From NCBI GenBank assembly GCA_963771355.1, contig CAVYTA010000002.1, forward strand, positions 1 to 64,000: a DNA stretch of 64,000 bases, given 5' to 3'. Source of the DNA: an uncultured Candidatus Rokubacteria bacterium. Lineage in GTDB: Bacteria > Methylomirabilota > Methylomirabilia > Rokubacteriales > CSP1-6. A program made the position numbers and the translations under genes. A model generated the notes under the pieces. That model was not told the origin of the DNA. It ran no database searches and saw only the letters and a list, made by a program, of their open reading frames with translations. Numbering within the stretch: position 1 is the stretch's first letter; every line of letters starts with the position of its first letter. This document shows positions 32,632 to 42,951 of this stretch, piece by piece.

Positions 32632-33012
32632 GTAGCGGGACCGTCGCTCGCGTCGTCCGCGGCGTTCGCCCAAGGTCGGTCATGACGCGTCCCCCCATTT
32701 GCCGCTTGCCCTTGCCGTCCGTGCGCGTGCTGGCCGCGGCCCCGTTGCCCCGGCCCCGCCACCCTGCCCGACCCGTGACCTGTATGTTGGGGGGGATACT
32801 GACCCGGCGGGGGCACCTCGTCAAGCGGCTGTCGGAGCCGTGCCGAGATGCGCCCCGCTAGTCTCCAGGATGGCGCTGCGGGCACCTGAGCCGCGGGCTC
32901 GGCCGTCAACGTGCCGATACGCACCTGCCACCGCCGTGCCGTACTGCGAGTCGGTCGAAGCCGCCCAACGCTCGTTCGCGCTCGCCAAGTGGCTCCCCGC
33001 CGGACCAGCAGA

Positions 33013-34734
33013 TCAGCGCTGTTGGCGTGGAGACCGCAGGAGCCAGTCGATGATCGCGGAGGGATCCCGCTCCGGACGGGGCTCTTGACTGGAGGCACCG
33101 CTCTCCGGCACAGGCCTGAGCGGGACACCGGACGTCGCCTCCACGCGCTCCGCGGGCGCCGCCGGCGGGGGCGTGACCGTCGCGGGTGCCGGCGGGGACG
33201 CGACCGTTGCGGGCGCTGGCAGCGGGGGCGTGACTGTCGCGGGTGCTGGCGGGGGCGCGACCGTTGCGGGCGCCGACAGCGGGGGCGTGACCGTCGCGGG
33301 TCGCTGCCGGCGGGGGCGCGACCGTCGCGGGCGCGGGCGGGGACGTGACCGGCGGGGGCGCCGGCGGCGGGGGCGTGACCGGCGGGGGCGCGACACTCGC
33401 TAACTCTGTCGGGGGCCTGACCCTCACGGGCGTTGGCCCGGGCGTGACCCGGACGAGAGGCGTGCCCTGAGCGCTTCCCGCTATCGAGGGTGGCGGGGTC
33501 CCGGTCGCCGGTAGTGCCGGATCGGGCGGTGTGGCTCGGGGCGTCACCGAAATCCCCTCCGGCGTCACGCCGGCGGGCTCTTGAAGGCCGGTTCATTCCG
33601 AGGAATCGGTTCGCTGCGAGGAGGCGGCGGTGTGATCGGCGTCCTGACGGCGACTTCCGCCGATCGACCGACTGGCGCCGGCGCGGGGGCTCTCGGCGCC
33701 CGGGTTGGCGGGGTCCGGCGAACCGGACCTTGAATCGCGATCGGCTCCGGCGGCGGGGCCGTCGCAAGGTGCCAGGAGACCCAGGCGCCGAGCGCGATGA
33801 CCCCCACGACCAGCGTGACCAGGGCGCCTATGCCCACCATCCGCCACGGCGCCCGCCGCCGCGCCCGCGGCTGCACGGCGGATGCTGAGTCCCGGTCCGT
33901 GGGGCCTGGCCGCTCCGCCACCCGATAGAGCTCCACCCACAGCGCGTTGGCCACGGAACCCATATCAGGGGCTCGTGACTCAGGCGACCTGGCGAGGGCC
34001 TGCATCACGAGCTCTTTGACGGCCGCGGGCACCTCGGGACCGAGCTGCCGCTCGGGGCGCGCGCTGGAGCCTTCGCTCGGGGGCTGCACCGCGCCGGTGA
34101 GCATCTGCACGAGGAGCAGGCCCAGGGCCTGGATGTCCGCCTGCTCGGTCAGCCCTCCAGCAGGCTCCGCCGTCTCAAGGCGCGCGACCTCGAATCCCAT
34201 GAGCTTGACCGTGTTGTCCGCGCCGACCAGCACGTCCTCGGCGTCAAGCGCGCCGTGGACCAGCGCGAGATTGTGGGCGGCCTGGAGGCCGTCGGCGATC
34301 TCGAAGGCCAGGCGCAGCGCGCGCTCGACGGGCAGCGCCCCCCCCTGGTCAATCACATCAGCCAGGCTTTGCCCGGCGAGGGGCTCCAGCACCAGGAAGG
34401 CGCGGTCGCTCGCCGTGCGGTCGAAGTCGTGCACGATGGCCACGTTGGGTCGGATCCGGGCGACGGCGCGCGTGACCGACAGCTCGTCCCGGACGCGGCG
34501 GACCTGATCGTCATCGAGCTCGATGCCGATGGGCAGGAGCTTGATGGTCACCGCCGCTCCCGTCTCCCCGTCCTGCGCGATGTACAGATTCCCCGATGGC
34601 CCCGTGGCAAGCCGCCGCGACACCTTGTACCGCGCCTTGATCGCCTGGCCGATCCAGGGATCCCTCTGGCCGTCGGCGCGGACCGGGGATCCCGGGTCGG
34701 CCCCGGGGAACGCAACTGGCTTTGCGTGCTCCAT
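33013..34734 (-). CDS. Second membrane pseudokinase with Pro/Thr repeat tail (frameshifted)
   Basis: Collinear with 19623-21238; VHGALDAEDV, MGFE; C-terminal DPSAIIDWLL. Confidence 0.75.
33160..33392. repeat. Degenerate 27-33 bp tandem repeats encoding TV(T/A)PPPAPA
   Basis: Recurrent GGCGGGGGCGTGACCGTCGCGGG-like units. Confidence 0.75.
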
Positions 34735-34907
34735 ATCCCAGACCTCCTCGGCGTGCCGACGGGGCACGCCGAGCCGAGCGGAAACTACCTGGAAACCATG
34801 TCCCTGACTGCGTCCATCGCGGGGTCCAGCCCTCCGGGGCGATATTGCGGGGCCCCGGGGGGCTCTACGCTAGCACAAGCACGCCCGTTCAGACGGCCGA
34901 ACTCGGG

Positions 34908-35345
34908 CTAAAGCCGATCGCCGCCAACGCTGGTACCGCCCTCCTCGACCGCCACCCGCGACCGCCCGTCCACGTGGCGTACGCTCACGCAGACATCGCC
35001 CGAGAAGAGGAGCCGTAGCTCGCCGCCGGCGGGGACGTCGGCGGTGGTGACCTTGACGAGCCGCTGGCCCACGAGGCCGTGGACGGCGCCCAGATCCGTC
35101 AGCGTGTAGTGATGGCGGTCCTGGTCGGGGCTGTCGAGCGAGTCGACCATCTGCCAGAACACCACCCCCGCTTCGATGAAGATCCGGTGCCACGGACCCT
35201 CGGCCAGGCGCAGGAAGAGCACGTTGGCCTCGTTGACGAGCTGCCCCCGGTAGTAGTGCGCCTGGAGTAGCAGCGCGTGGCAGACCTGGCCGGTGACCTC
35301 GGGAGGCGCGTCGCGATAGACGAGCATGGCGGCCGCCCGGCTCAC
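34908..35345 (-). CDS. Hypothetical protein
   Basis: ORF with protein-like composition, coupled to the upstream MFS gene. Confidence 0.6.
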   Translation of the reverse strand: MSRAAAMLVYRDAPPEVTGQVCHALLLQAHYYRGQLVNEANVLFLRLAEGPWHRIFIEAGVVFWQMVDSLDSPDQDRHHYTLTDLGAVHGLVGQRLVKVTTADVPAGGELRLLFSGDVCVSVRHVDGRSRVAVEEGGTSVGGDRL

Positions 35346-36592
35346 GCGCGCGGGCCCGTCGCCCGCGGCGCCGCGACGGCCGCGCGGTCGCCGGCGAGGT
35401 CGGCGGGGCGCAGCGCGACGAACGCGATGGCGCCGGCGACGAGCACGAGCGTCACGTGTCCGAAGGCCAGTCCCCAGCCGAGCACGCTGGCGCCGCCGAA
35501 GAGGTCGAGGGTCACGCCCAGCGCGAGGGGCCCGACGAAGCCGCCGGCATAGCCGAGCGTCGAGTGCACGGCGAGGGTGGCCCCGCGCCGGCCCGGCGCG
35601 GCGCTGCCCGCGCTGCCCGCGGTGAGGGAGGACGAGTCCGACCAGATCAGCAGGGCGTAGACCAGCACCAGCGCCGCGGTTGCCCCGTACGGGAGCGCGG
35701 CGCCGAAGCCGACGACCCCCGCCATCGCCGCCGAGACGAGCATGGTGCCCAGGATGAACCGCCGGCGCCCGAACCGGATGGAGAGCTCATTGCCCCAGAC
35801 GCTCGCCCACACGCCCACCAGCCCCATCACGCTCGCCACGGTGGCGGGGGCCAGCGGGACCCAGGCGCCGTCACTCCGAAGCGCGGCGAACGTCAGGAAG
35901 GCGACCACCCAGGCCCGTAGCGCGGACATCTCCCAGGTGTGCACGCAATAGGCGAGGGAGTAGGCCAGCGCCGAGCGGTTCCGGAGCACCGGACGGAAGT
36001 CGAGCAGCCCGGGCCGCGGCCCGGCCGACGGACGCGGCGCACGGCCCGGGAGGCCGATCAGAACGAACAGGAAGGCCAGTGCCGCGCCCAGCGCGCCCGG
36101 GACCAGCGCCCAGCGCCAGCCGAGCCATGCGTTCACCGCCCCCGCCACGCCGAACGAGAGCGCCGCGCTGACGCCGACGGCGGCGGCATGGGCGGCCACC
36201 GCGCGCGATTGCCCCGGGCCCTCGGTGAGGTCGCTGAGCGCTTTGAGCCCGGGCATGTAGCTGCCCGCCCAGCCGATGCCCATCAGGGCGCGGAACGCCA
36301 GCGCGGACCAGAACCCCGTGGCCATCCAGGCGAAGCCGGCGAAGGCCAGCGCGGTCAATGCGACCGATGCGAGATAGATGCGCTTGGCGTCCACCCGATC
36401 GGTCAGCGACGAGAGCAGCGGCACCACGAGGGTATAGGCCGCGTAGTAAATGCCGCTGATCCAGCCGGCCTCGGTGTTGGTGAGGCCCCAGGCGGGAATC
36501 AGCGTCGGGATGAGGGCGGCGACGCCGAACGCGCCGATCTGGGCGCAGGCCTGCGCCGCGCACATCGCCACCACCTCCCGGCGCATCGTCAC
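35342..36592 (-). CDS. MFS transporter
   Basis: About 12 hydrophobic segments; SLTDRVDAKR motif A. Confidence 0.85.
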   Translation of the reverse strand: MTMRREVVAMCAAQACAQIGAFGVAALIPTLIPAWGLTNTEAGWISGIYYAAYTLVVPLLSSLTDRVDAKRIYLASVALTALAFAGFAWMATGFWSALAFRALMGIGWAGSYMPGLKALSDLTEGPGQSRAVAAHAAAVGVSAALSFGVAGAVNAWLGWRWALVPGALGAALAFLFVLIGLPGRAPRPSAGPRPGLLDFRPVLRNRSALAYSLAYCVHTWEMSALRAWVVAFLTFAALRSDGAWVPLAPATVASVMGLVGVWASVWGNELSIRFGRRRFILGTMLVSAAMAGVVGFGAALPYGATAALVLVYALLIWSDSSSLTAGSAGSAAPGRRGATLAVHSTLGYAGGFVGPLALGVTLDLFGGASVLGWGLAFGHVTLVLVAGAIAFVALRPADLAGDRAAVAAPRATGPRA

Positions 36593-37107
36593 GCGGGGTC
36601 GGCCTCATCGAGCATCCGCTCCACGATCACGCAGTCGCGCCAGGCTCCCTCGAGCTTGCCGTGGCGCCGGTACACGCCCACCACGCGGAACCCGCAGCGC
36701 TCGTGCAGCGCGAGGCTCGGGGTGTTCTCGGGAAAGATCCGGGACACGAGCTTCCAGAACCCGCGCGCCGCATAGGCGCGGCACAGCGCTTCGAGCGCCG
36801 CCCGGCCCGCGCCCATCCCCCGCGCCGAGCGCGCCACGTACACCGAGTGCTCGGCGACGCCGGCATAGGCCGGCCGGCTCCGGTAGGGGCCCGCCGAGGC
36901 CCAGGCCACGATCTGCCCCTCGCGCTCGGCGACCACGGTGGGAAACCGGTCGCCCTTGTCCCGGAGCTGCGCCTCGAGCTGCGCCTCCGTGCGCGGCTCG
37001 GTCTCGAAGGTCGCGACGCGATCGGCGATGCCCTCGTTGTAGATGGCCGCGATCGCCGGCGCGTCCGCCGGCGTCGCCAGCCGCGTGCTGATCGGGCCGC
37101 TCGCCAT
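36589..37107 (-). CDS. arsN1: GNAT N-acetyltransferase, ArsN1/phosphinothricin family
   Basis: IAAIYNEGIADRVATFET, EHSVYV, KLVSRIFPEN, GKLEGAWRD; divergent from arsR. Confidence 0.75.
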   Translation of the reverse strand: MASGPISTRLATPADAPAIAAIYNEGIADRVATFETEPRTEAQLEAQLRDKGDRFPTVVAEREGQIVAWASAGPYRSRPAYAGVAEHSVYVARSARGMGAGRAALEALCRAYAARGFWKLVSRIFPENTPSLALHERCGFRVVGVYRRHGKLEGAWRDCVIVERMLDEADPA

Positions 37108-37130
37108 CGCGTGAGTATCCCAGGGGCGGC

Positions 37131-37158
37131 TTGACAGATCAACCGAGTTTGATATGTT
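37131..37158 (+). promoter_or_regulatory. Sigma-70 promoter with ArsR/SmtB operator
   Basis: TTGACA...TATGTT enclosing ATCAA-N6-TTGAT (37138-37153). Confidence 0.75.
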
Positions 37159-37164
37159 CGGCCG

Positions 37165-37494
37165 GTGCCCACCGCCGCCGCCCGGGAGGCCACGCACGCG
37201 CAGCGCTGCTTCCATGCGCTCAGCGACGAGACGCGGCTCCGGCTCCTCGACCTGCTCCGCGCCGGCGAGCAGTGCGTGTGCGACCTCACCGACTCCCTGG
37301 ACACCGGACAATCTCGGTTGTCTTTCCATCTGAAGGTCTTGAAGGACGCCGGCCTCGTCACCGATCGTCGCGAGGGCCGCTGGGTGTACTACGCCCTGGA
37401 CCTGGCCGCGCTCGACGCGCTGGTGGACTTCCTCTCCGGGCTCCGGCCTCGACGCGGCGGGCTGCGTCTGGCGCCGCCCCGCCGCTGCGACTGA
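37165..37494 (+). CDS. arsR: ArsR family transcriptional repressor
   Basis: FHALSDETRL, EQCVCDL, SFHLKVLKDAGLV. Confidence 0.9.
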   Translation: MPTAAAREATHAQRCFHALSDETRLRLLDLLRAGEQCVCDLTDSLDTGQSRLSFHLKVLKDAGLVTDRREGRWVYYALDLAALDALVDFLSGLRPRRGGLRLAPPRRCD

Positions 37495-37917
37495 GTGACG
37501 CGACCGCGGGCGCTCGTCCTCTGCACGCATAACTCGGCGCGGAGCCAGATGGCCGAGGGGTTGCTGCGCCGGCTCGCGCCGGAGCGCTTCGAGGTCGAGA
37601 GCGCGGGCACCGAGGCCACCCGCGTCCATCCCCTGGCGATCGAGGTGATGCGGGAGATCGGCATCGACATCAGCGGGCACCGCTCGAAGACGCTCGACCG
37701 CTTCGTGGCCGAGCCCTGGGACTACGTGATCACGGTGTGCGACCAGGCGAACGAGCGCTGCCCGCTCTTTCCCGGCCGCACCCAGCGCGTCCACTGGAGC
37801 TTCGAGGATCCGTCCGCCGCGCCGGGCTCGGAGCCGGAGCGGCTCGCGGTCTTCCGCCGGGTGCGAGACGCCATCGACGCGCAGCTGCGCCGCTGGCTCG
37901 CCGAGGCCGACCGGTGA
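37495..37917 (+). CDS. arsC: Arsenate reductase (LMW-PTP type)
   Basis: CTHNSARSQMAE, ITVCD, CPLFPG, HWSFEDP. Confidence 0.9.
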   Translation: MTRPRALVLCTHNSARSQMAEGLLRRLAPERFEVESAGTEATRVHPLAIEVMREIGIDISGHRSKTLDRFVAEPWDYVITVCDQANERCPLFPGRTQRVHWSFEDPSAAPGSEPERLAVFRRVRDAIDAQLRRWLAEADR

Positions 37918-38627
37918 GTCCCGCCCCGTCGCTGGCCCGCCGGGTGACCGCGGAGGCGGTCGGCACCGCCTTCCTCCTGGCCGCGGTCGTGGGCTCCGGG
38001 ATCATGGGCGAGCGCCTCGCCGGCGGCAATACCGCCGTGGCCCTCCTCGCCAATACCGTCGCCACCGGTGCCGCCCTCGTCGCCCTCATCCTGACCTTCG
38101 GTCCGATCTCCGGCGCCCACTTCAATCCGGCCGTCACGCTGGCCGACGCCGCCCAGGGGGGGCGGTCCTGGCGCGACGTGCCCGCCTATCTCGGGGCGCA
38201 GGTCGCCGGCGCCTTCGCGGGGGTGGCCGCCGCGCACCTCATGTTCGGGGAGCGCCTCTTCTTCGCCTCGCGCCACGCGCGCGCGGGGGGCGCGCAGGTC
38301 TTCAGCGAGTTCGTGGCGACGTTCGGGCTCCTCATGGTCATCTGGGGCTGCGCGCGGCTCCGAGAGTCCGCGGTGCCCTTCGCGGTGGCCGCGTACATCA
38401 CCGCCGCTTACTGGTTCACCGCGTCCACGTCCTTCGCGAACCCCGCGGTGACCCTGGCGCGGGCGGCCAGCGACACCTTCGCCGGCATTCGCCCGCTCGA
38501 CGTCCCCGCGTTCATCGCCGCCCAGCTCGTCGGCGCCGCCGCGGCCACCGCGCTCTTCGCGTGGCTGGTTCCCGTCGCTCCGGAGGCGGAGTCTCCCGTC
38601 GTCCCCGACCGCCCCCGCCCGCCTTGA
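37914..38627 (+). CDS. MIP/aquaporin family arsenite channel (AqpS-like)
   Basis: SGAHFNPAVT and SFANPAVT NPA motifs; in the ars operon. Confidence 0.85.
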   Translation: MSPAPSLARRVTAEAVGTAFLLAAVVGSGIMGERLAGGNTAVALLANTVATGAALVALILTFGPISGAHFNPAVTLADAAQGGRSWRDVPAYLGAQVAGAFAGVAAAHLMFGERLFFASRHARAGGAQVFSEFVATFGLLMVIWGCARLRESAVPFAVAAYITAAYWFTASTSFANPAVTLARAASDTFAGIRPLDVPAFIAAQLVGAAAATALFAWLVPVAPEAESPVVPDRPRPP

Positions 38628-39883
38628 GCGACGGGCGGCCGGCGGAGCGGGAACCCGGAGCGTCCGCGTCCCGGCGACACTACGGCTGGGTCATCGTGGC
38701 CACCCTCTCCGTGACCGAGACGATCACGTGGGGCATCATCTTCTACGGGTTCCCGGTGTTCCTGCGTGCGATGGAGGGGGACCTCGGGGCCTCGCGGGTG
38801 GTGGTGACGGGCGCCTTCTCGCTGGGGCTCGGGGTCGCCGCGCTGGCCGGCGTGCCCGTGGGTCGCTGGCTCGATCGCCACGGCGCGCGGCTCCTGATGA
38901 CCCTGGGCTCCACTCTCGCCGCGGGCCTCACCTTGCTCTGGTCCATGGTCGAGACGCCGGCCGCGCTCTACGCGGTGTGGGCCTTGATGGGCATCGCCAT
39001 GGCTACCACGCTGTATGAGCCGGCCTTCGCCGCCGTGGTGCAGTGGTTTCCCACCGGCCGCGACCGGGCCCTCCTCACCGTGACCATCGCCGCCGGCTTC
39101 GCCAGCACGATCTTCATGCCCATCGAGGCCTGGCTGCTGGTGTCGGTGGGCTGGCGCCAGGCGCTGGTCATCCTCGCCGCCGTGCTGGCCGTCACCACCA
39201 TTCCCCTGCACGCCTTCCTGTTGCGGCCGCCGCCGCACCTTGCGGTCTCGCGCGGGGCGGGCGCGGCCGCCCCCGCGGCCACACCGGGCCTGTCCCTCGG
39301 CGCGGCCCTCCGCCACCCGATCTTCTGGATCCTCGCCGTAGCGTTCTTCATGAGCAACTTCGCGCATACCTCCGGGACCGTGCACCTCATTCCCTACCTG
39401 ATGCAGTACGGCTATTCCGCCGCCCTCGCCGCCGCCACGGTGGGATGGATCGGCGCCATGCAGGTGGGGGGACGCATCTTCTTCGTCCCGGTGGCCGCCT
39501 GGGTCGGACCGAGATGGGTGGTCCCGGGCCTGTTTCTGGCCCAGACGGCGGGGATGGGGTTGCTTCCGTTCATCGGCTGGCTGCCATCGGCCATTCCCAT
39601 CGTCGTCCTGCTGGGCGCCGCCAACGGCATGTCGACCCTGGCCCGGGCCAGCATCGTCTCGGACATCTTCGGCCGCCGCCACTACGGGAGCCTCAGCGGC
39701 GCCATCGCGCTCGGCGCCAACGGCGCGCGGGCGCTGGCGCCGATCGGCTCGTCCGTCCTCCTCCTGGGGCTCGAAAGCTACGAGCGCCTGTTCGGGATCC
39801 TGGCGGTGGCGCTGCTGCTGGTCAGCGTGATGGTGCTCCTCACCGACACGAGCGTGCGCCTCAGCGGGCGCGAGCCACGATGA
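38624..39883 (+). CDS. MFS transporter in the ars operon (possibly ArsK-like)
   Basis: GRWLDRHG motif, YEPAFAA, AGFASTIF. Confidence 0.75.
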   Translation: MSDGRPAEREPGASASRRHYGWVIVATLSVTETITWGIIFYGFPVFLRAMEGDLGASRVVVTGAFSLGLGVAALAGVPVGRWLDRHGARLLMTLGSTLAAGLTLLWSMVETPAALYAVWALMGIAMATTLYEPAFAAVVQWFPTGRDRALLTVTIAAGFASTIFMPIEAWLLVSVGWRQALVILAAVLAVTTIPLHAFLLRPPPHLAVSRGAGAAAPAATPGLSLGAALRHPIFWILAVAFFMSNFAHTSGTVHLIPYLMQYGYSAALAAATVGWIGAMQVGGRIFFVPVAAWVGPRWVVPGLFLAQTAGMGLLPFIGWLPSAIPIVVLLGAANGMSTLARASIVSDIFGRRHYGSLSGAIALGANGARALAPIGSSVLLLGLESYERLFGILAVALLLVSVMVLLTDTSVRLSGREPR

Positions 39884-40628
39884 AGAGCCGCCGGAAGGGG
39901 AAGAGCGTGCGCCCGTCGGCGCGCCGCGGGTAGGCGCGCGCCACCAGCGCGGCGTAGGCGGCCTCGAAGCCGCCGCGCTCGGGCTCGTCCAGCGCGTCGA
40001 GGAGCGGACGCAGCCAGGTGCCCTTGGTCCACTCCTTCACCGGATTGTCGCCCTCGAGCACCTGGAGATACTCCGTCTCCCACACGTCGAGCGCGGCCGC
40101 GTGCGGCGCCAGCACATCGTGGTAGACGGCGGGATCACCCACCGGCGAAGGCCGGAGCAGGGGCTCGAGCCGGGCGCGCCAGGGGCCGCCGCGCGCCGCC
40201 TCGGCAATGAGGGTATGCGAGGGCGCGGAGAAGTTGCGCGGCATCTGCACCGCGAGCACGCCGCCGGGAGCGAGCCCGCCCAGCAGCGCGGGGAACAGCC
40301 GCGCGTGGCCCTCGATCCAGTGCAGCGCCGCGTTCGAGTAGATGAGGTCCGCGGGGCGCGGCGGCCGCCAGCCGGCGAGGTCGGCCCGCTCCCACCGGAT
40401 CGCGGGCTCGGCCGCGGCGGCCTTGGCCAGCATCTCGGCGGAGGAATCCACGCCGGTGACGCGCGCCTCGGGCCAGCGCGCCTTGATGAGCCGGGTGACG
40501 TTTCCGGCGCCCGCGCCCAGGTCGTACACCTCGCCCGGCGCGTCGAGGTCCACGCGACCCAGGAGATCGACGGCGGGACGGAGGCGATGATCGGCGAACC
40601 GCAGATACTGCGCGGGATCCCAGGGCAC
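39861..40628 (-). CDS. tam: Trans-aconitate 2-methyltransferase
   Basis: WDPAQYLRF, DLGAGAG, NAALHW, FPFRRLFIVA. Confidence 0.85.
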   Translation of the reverse strand: MPWDPAQYLRFADHRLRPAVDLLGRVDLDAPGEVYDLGAGAGNVTRLIKARWPEARVTGVDSSAEMLAKAAAAEPAIRWERADLAGWRPPRPADLIYSNAALHWIEGHARLFPALLGGLAPGGVLAVQMPRNFSAPSHTLIAEAARGGPWRARLEPLLRPSPVGDPAVYHDVLAPHAAALDVWETEYLQVLEGDNPVKEWTKGTWLRPLLDALDEPERGGFEAAYAALVARAYPRRADGRTLFPFRRLFIVARAR

Positions 40629-40729
40629 GGGGCGCTCCTCCTCGCACCATCCTAAAGCCTCGCCGGCGCTCGTAGCACTCGTATCAGATGATACTGGCGC
40701 TCCGCGAAGGCCTCGGTCATGCTGAGCGC

Positions 40730-41740
40730 ATGGCGGCCGCTGCCGTGCGCGAGTGCGCGAACATTCTCGGCCTGAGCCACGTGGAGCTGCTGGTCGGGGA
40801 CCTCGATCGCTCGCGCGCCTTCTACGTGGACCTGCTCGGCTTCACCGAGGCCGACCGCGACGCCGAGCACCTCTACCTCCGCTGCGTGGAGGACCGCCAG
40901 CATCACTCGCTCGTCCTGCGGCGGGCGCCGCGGGCGGGCCTCGGCCACCTCGCCTACAAGGTGGCCGACGACGGCTCGCTCGACTTGCTGGCGCGCCGCT
41001 TCCAGGGCCTCGGCCTCCCCACACGCTGGCTGGCCCCCGGCGAGGAGCGCGCCCTGGGCCGCGCGCTCCGCATGCAGGACCCGCTGGGGTTCCCGGTGGA
41101 GTACCACGCGGCGATGGACGCGGCCCCGTGGCTGCTCCAGGCCTATCACCGGCACCGCGGCGCCGCGCCGGTGCGGGTCGACCACGTCAACGTGCTGGTG
41201 CCGGACGCCCGGGCGGGGCATGAGTGGTACACGCAGGAGCTGGGCTTTCGCTGCTCGGAGTACACCGAGTCCGATCCGCCGGAATCGCGCATCTGGGCGA
41301 GCTGGCTCTTCCGCAAGCCCACCGTCCACGACATCGCCATCATGACCGGGCCCGGCCCCGCCGCGCACCACGTGGGCGTGACGGTGAAGGATGAGATGGC
41401 GGTGATCCGCGTGTGCGACATGCTCGCCAGTGCCGGCTTCCGGGACGCGCTGGAGCGCGGACCGGCCCGGCACGGGATCTCCAACGCCTTCTTCGAGTAC
41501 GTGCGCGACCCGGACGGCAATCGCGTCGAGTTCTACACCAGCGACTACCTCACCGCCGATCCCGGCTTCGAGCCGATTCGCTGGAGCCTCGACGACCCGC
41601 GCCGCCAGACGCTGTGGGGCCCGCCGCCGCCGCGCCGCTGGTTCGAGGAGTTCATGCCGGTGGAGTCCATCGTGGACGGGCAGCTGCAGGCGACCGCGGC
41701 CCCCGCCATGCGGGCCATTCCCACCTACGTCACCGACTGA
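40730..41740 (+). CDS. hpaD: Type I extradiol dioxygenase (homoprotocatechuate 2,3-dioxygenase-like)
   Basis: VOC fold; DHVN, RKPTVHDIA, RHGISNAF, RDPDGNRVE, RRQTLWG. Confidence 0.75.
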   Translation: MAAAAVRECANILGLSHVELLVGDLDRSRAFYVDLLGFTEADRDAEHLYLRCVEDRQHHSLVLRRAPRAGLGHLAYKVADDGSLDLLARRFQGLGLPTRWLAPGEERALGRALRMQDPLGFPVEYHAAMDAAPWLLQAYHRHRGAAPVRVDHVNVLVPDARAGHEWYTQELGFRCSEYTESDPPESRIWASWLFRKPTVHDIAIMTGPGPAAHHVGVTVKDEMAVIRVCDMLASAGFRDALERGPARHGISNAFFEYVRDPDGNRVEFYTSDYLTADPGFEPIRWSLDDPRRQTLWGPPPPRRWFEEFMPVESIVDGQLQATAAPAMRAIPTYVTD

Positions 41741-41752
41741 GGCGGGCGGCGA

Positions 41753-42592
41753 CTAGGCCAGCTCGTTCCAGGCCACCATGCCGGCACCGGACCGCCACGC
41801 GATGGCCGGCATGTAGGCCAGGATGTCGGCGGGCCCGCGCGTGAAGGCCAGCACCAGGATCCACGCGAGGAGCTCCGCGGTGCCGCCCGAGCCCGCGGCC
41901 TCCATGCGCTCGAGCGTGCACTCGCGCAGGATGGCCGCGTGGTCCCCGTGGTGGAGGAGATCGAGGAACCAGCGGTCGAACTCCTCGTCCACCCAGAAGT
42001 AGCGCGGCCCACCGGGCTCGTGCGAGAGCCCGCCGGTGGCGACCACCGCCACGCGCTCGGATCCCTCATACGCGCGGATGACGTCGCGGAGAATCTCCCC
42101 CACCGCGTAGGCCCGCTCCGGCCGGGGAATGGGCGGCACCGTGCAGTTCATGGTCACCGGGATGAGCCGGAACTTCCCATCGGGGTTGAGATAGTGCGTG
42201 GGGACCGAGATCCCGTCGTCGAACTGCATGTCGCGCAGATGGGCGAGCGCCAGCCCGCGCCGCGCGCTCTCGTTCACGATGAATCGGGCCAGCGGCGAGT
42301 AGCCGGGCACGTGGTACTTCTCCATGGCCAGCCACTCGTCGAACCAGTCCGCCGGCCCCACGTGCTCGTCCCCGACCCCCACCGTGTACTCCGGGGTGTT
42401 GTTCATGGGCCAGTTGAGGAGGTGATCGTTGCTGAACATGATCACCACATCCGGCCGCGCGGCCACGAGGCGCTGTCGCAGCGCGGCCGTCGCGCGCAGC
42501 GTGAGCTCCTGGTGGTCCTTGGGCGCCTGCGTGAACCAGCCGGTCATGCCGGGGGCGTGCGTCATGGCCATGGCGGCGACGATCTGGGCCAT
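41753..42592 (-). CDS. LigB-family extradiol dioxygenase catalytic subunit
   Basis: THAPG, NDH, TGGLSHEPGG, EEFDRWFL. Confidence 0.85.
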   Translation of the reverse strand: MAQIVAAMAMTHAPGMTGWFTQAPKDHQELTLRATAALRQRLVAARPDVVIMFSNDHLLNWPMNNTPEYTVGVGDEHVGPADWFDEWLAMEKYHVPGYSPLARFIVNESARRGLALAHLRDMQFDDGISVPTHYLNPDGKFRLIPVTMNCTVPPIPRPERAYAVGEILRDVIRAYEGSERVAVVATGGLSHEPGGPRYFWVDEEFDRWFLDLLHHGDHAAILRECTLERMEAAGSGGTAELLAWILVLAFTRGPADILAYMPAIAWRSGAGMVAWNELA

Positions 42593-42936
42593 CAGCGCGT
42601 CCCCTCGAGGCGCGCCTTGAGCGCGAGGGCCTTGGCGGTCTCCTCGGGATAGGCGCGCTGATAGCGCTCGAGCGCGGCGCTCGAGTTGCTATTGTTCGCG
42701 GTGCCGAAGAAGAGGCGCAAGATCTGAGGCACGTAGTACTGGTGCACCCCCAGATCCATCATGCGGCGCGGGTCCAGGTCGCGGATGGCCTCGTACTCGG
42801 CCGGGCTGAGGCCGAACTCGCGCGCCACCCCGTCCAGATCGCTGACGAAGCGCGCGCGCAGGGTGGCGTCCTTTCGAATGTGGTACATCATCTCGTTCGT
42901 CGGCAGGGTCTTGTCGCAGCGCTCGACGTTTCCCAT
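42592..42936 (-). CDS. LigA-like small subunit
   Basis: Short helical protein with GLSPAE...LGVH, coupled to the LigB gene. Confidence 0.7.
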   Translation of the reverse strand: MGNVERCDKTLPTNEMMYHIRKDATLRARFVSDLDGVAREFGLSPAEYEAIRDLDPRRMMDLGVHQYYVPQILRLFFGTANNSNSSAALERYQRAYPEETAKALALKARLEGTR

Positions 42937-42951
42937 GACGTGTCCTCCGCC

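Noticed and set aside
32850..33010. Possible transposase remnant in the intergenic region
   Set aside because: Only a vague resemblance, with no motif or terminal repeats
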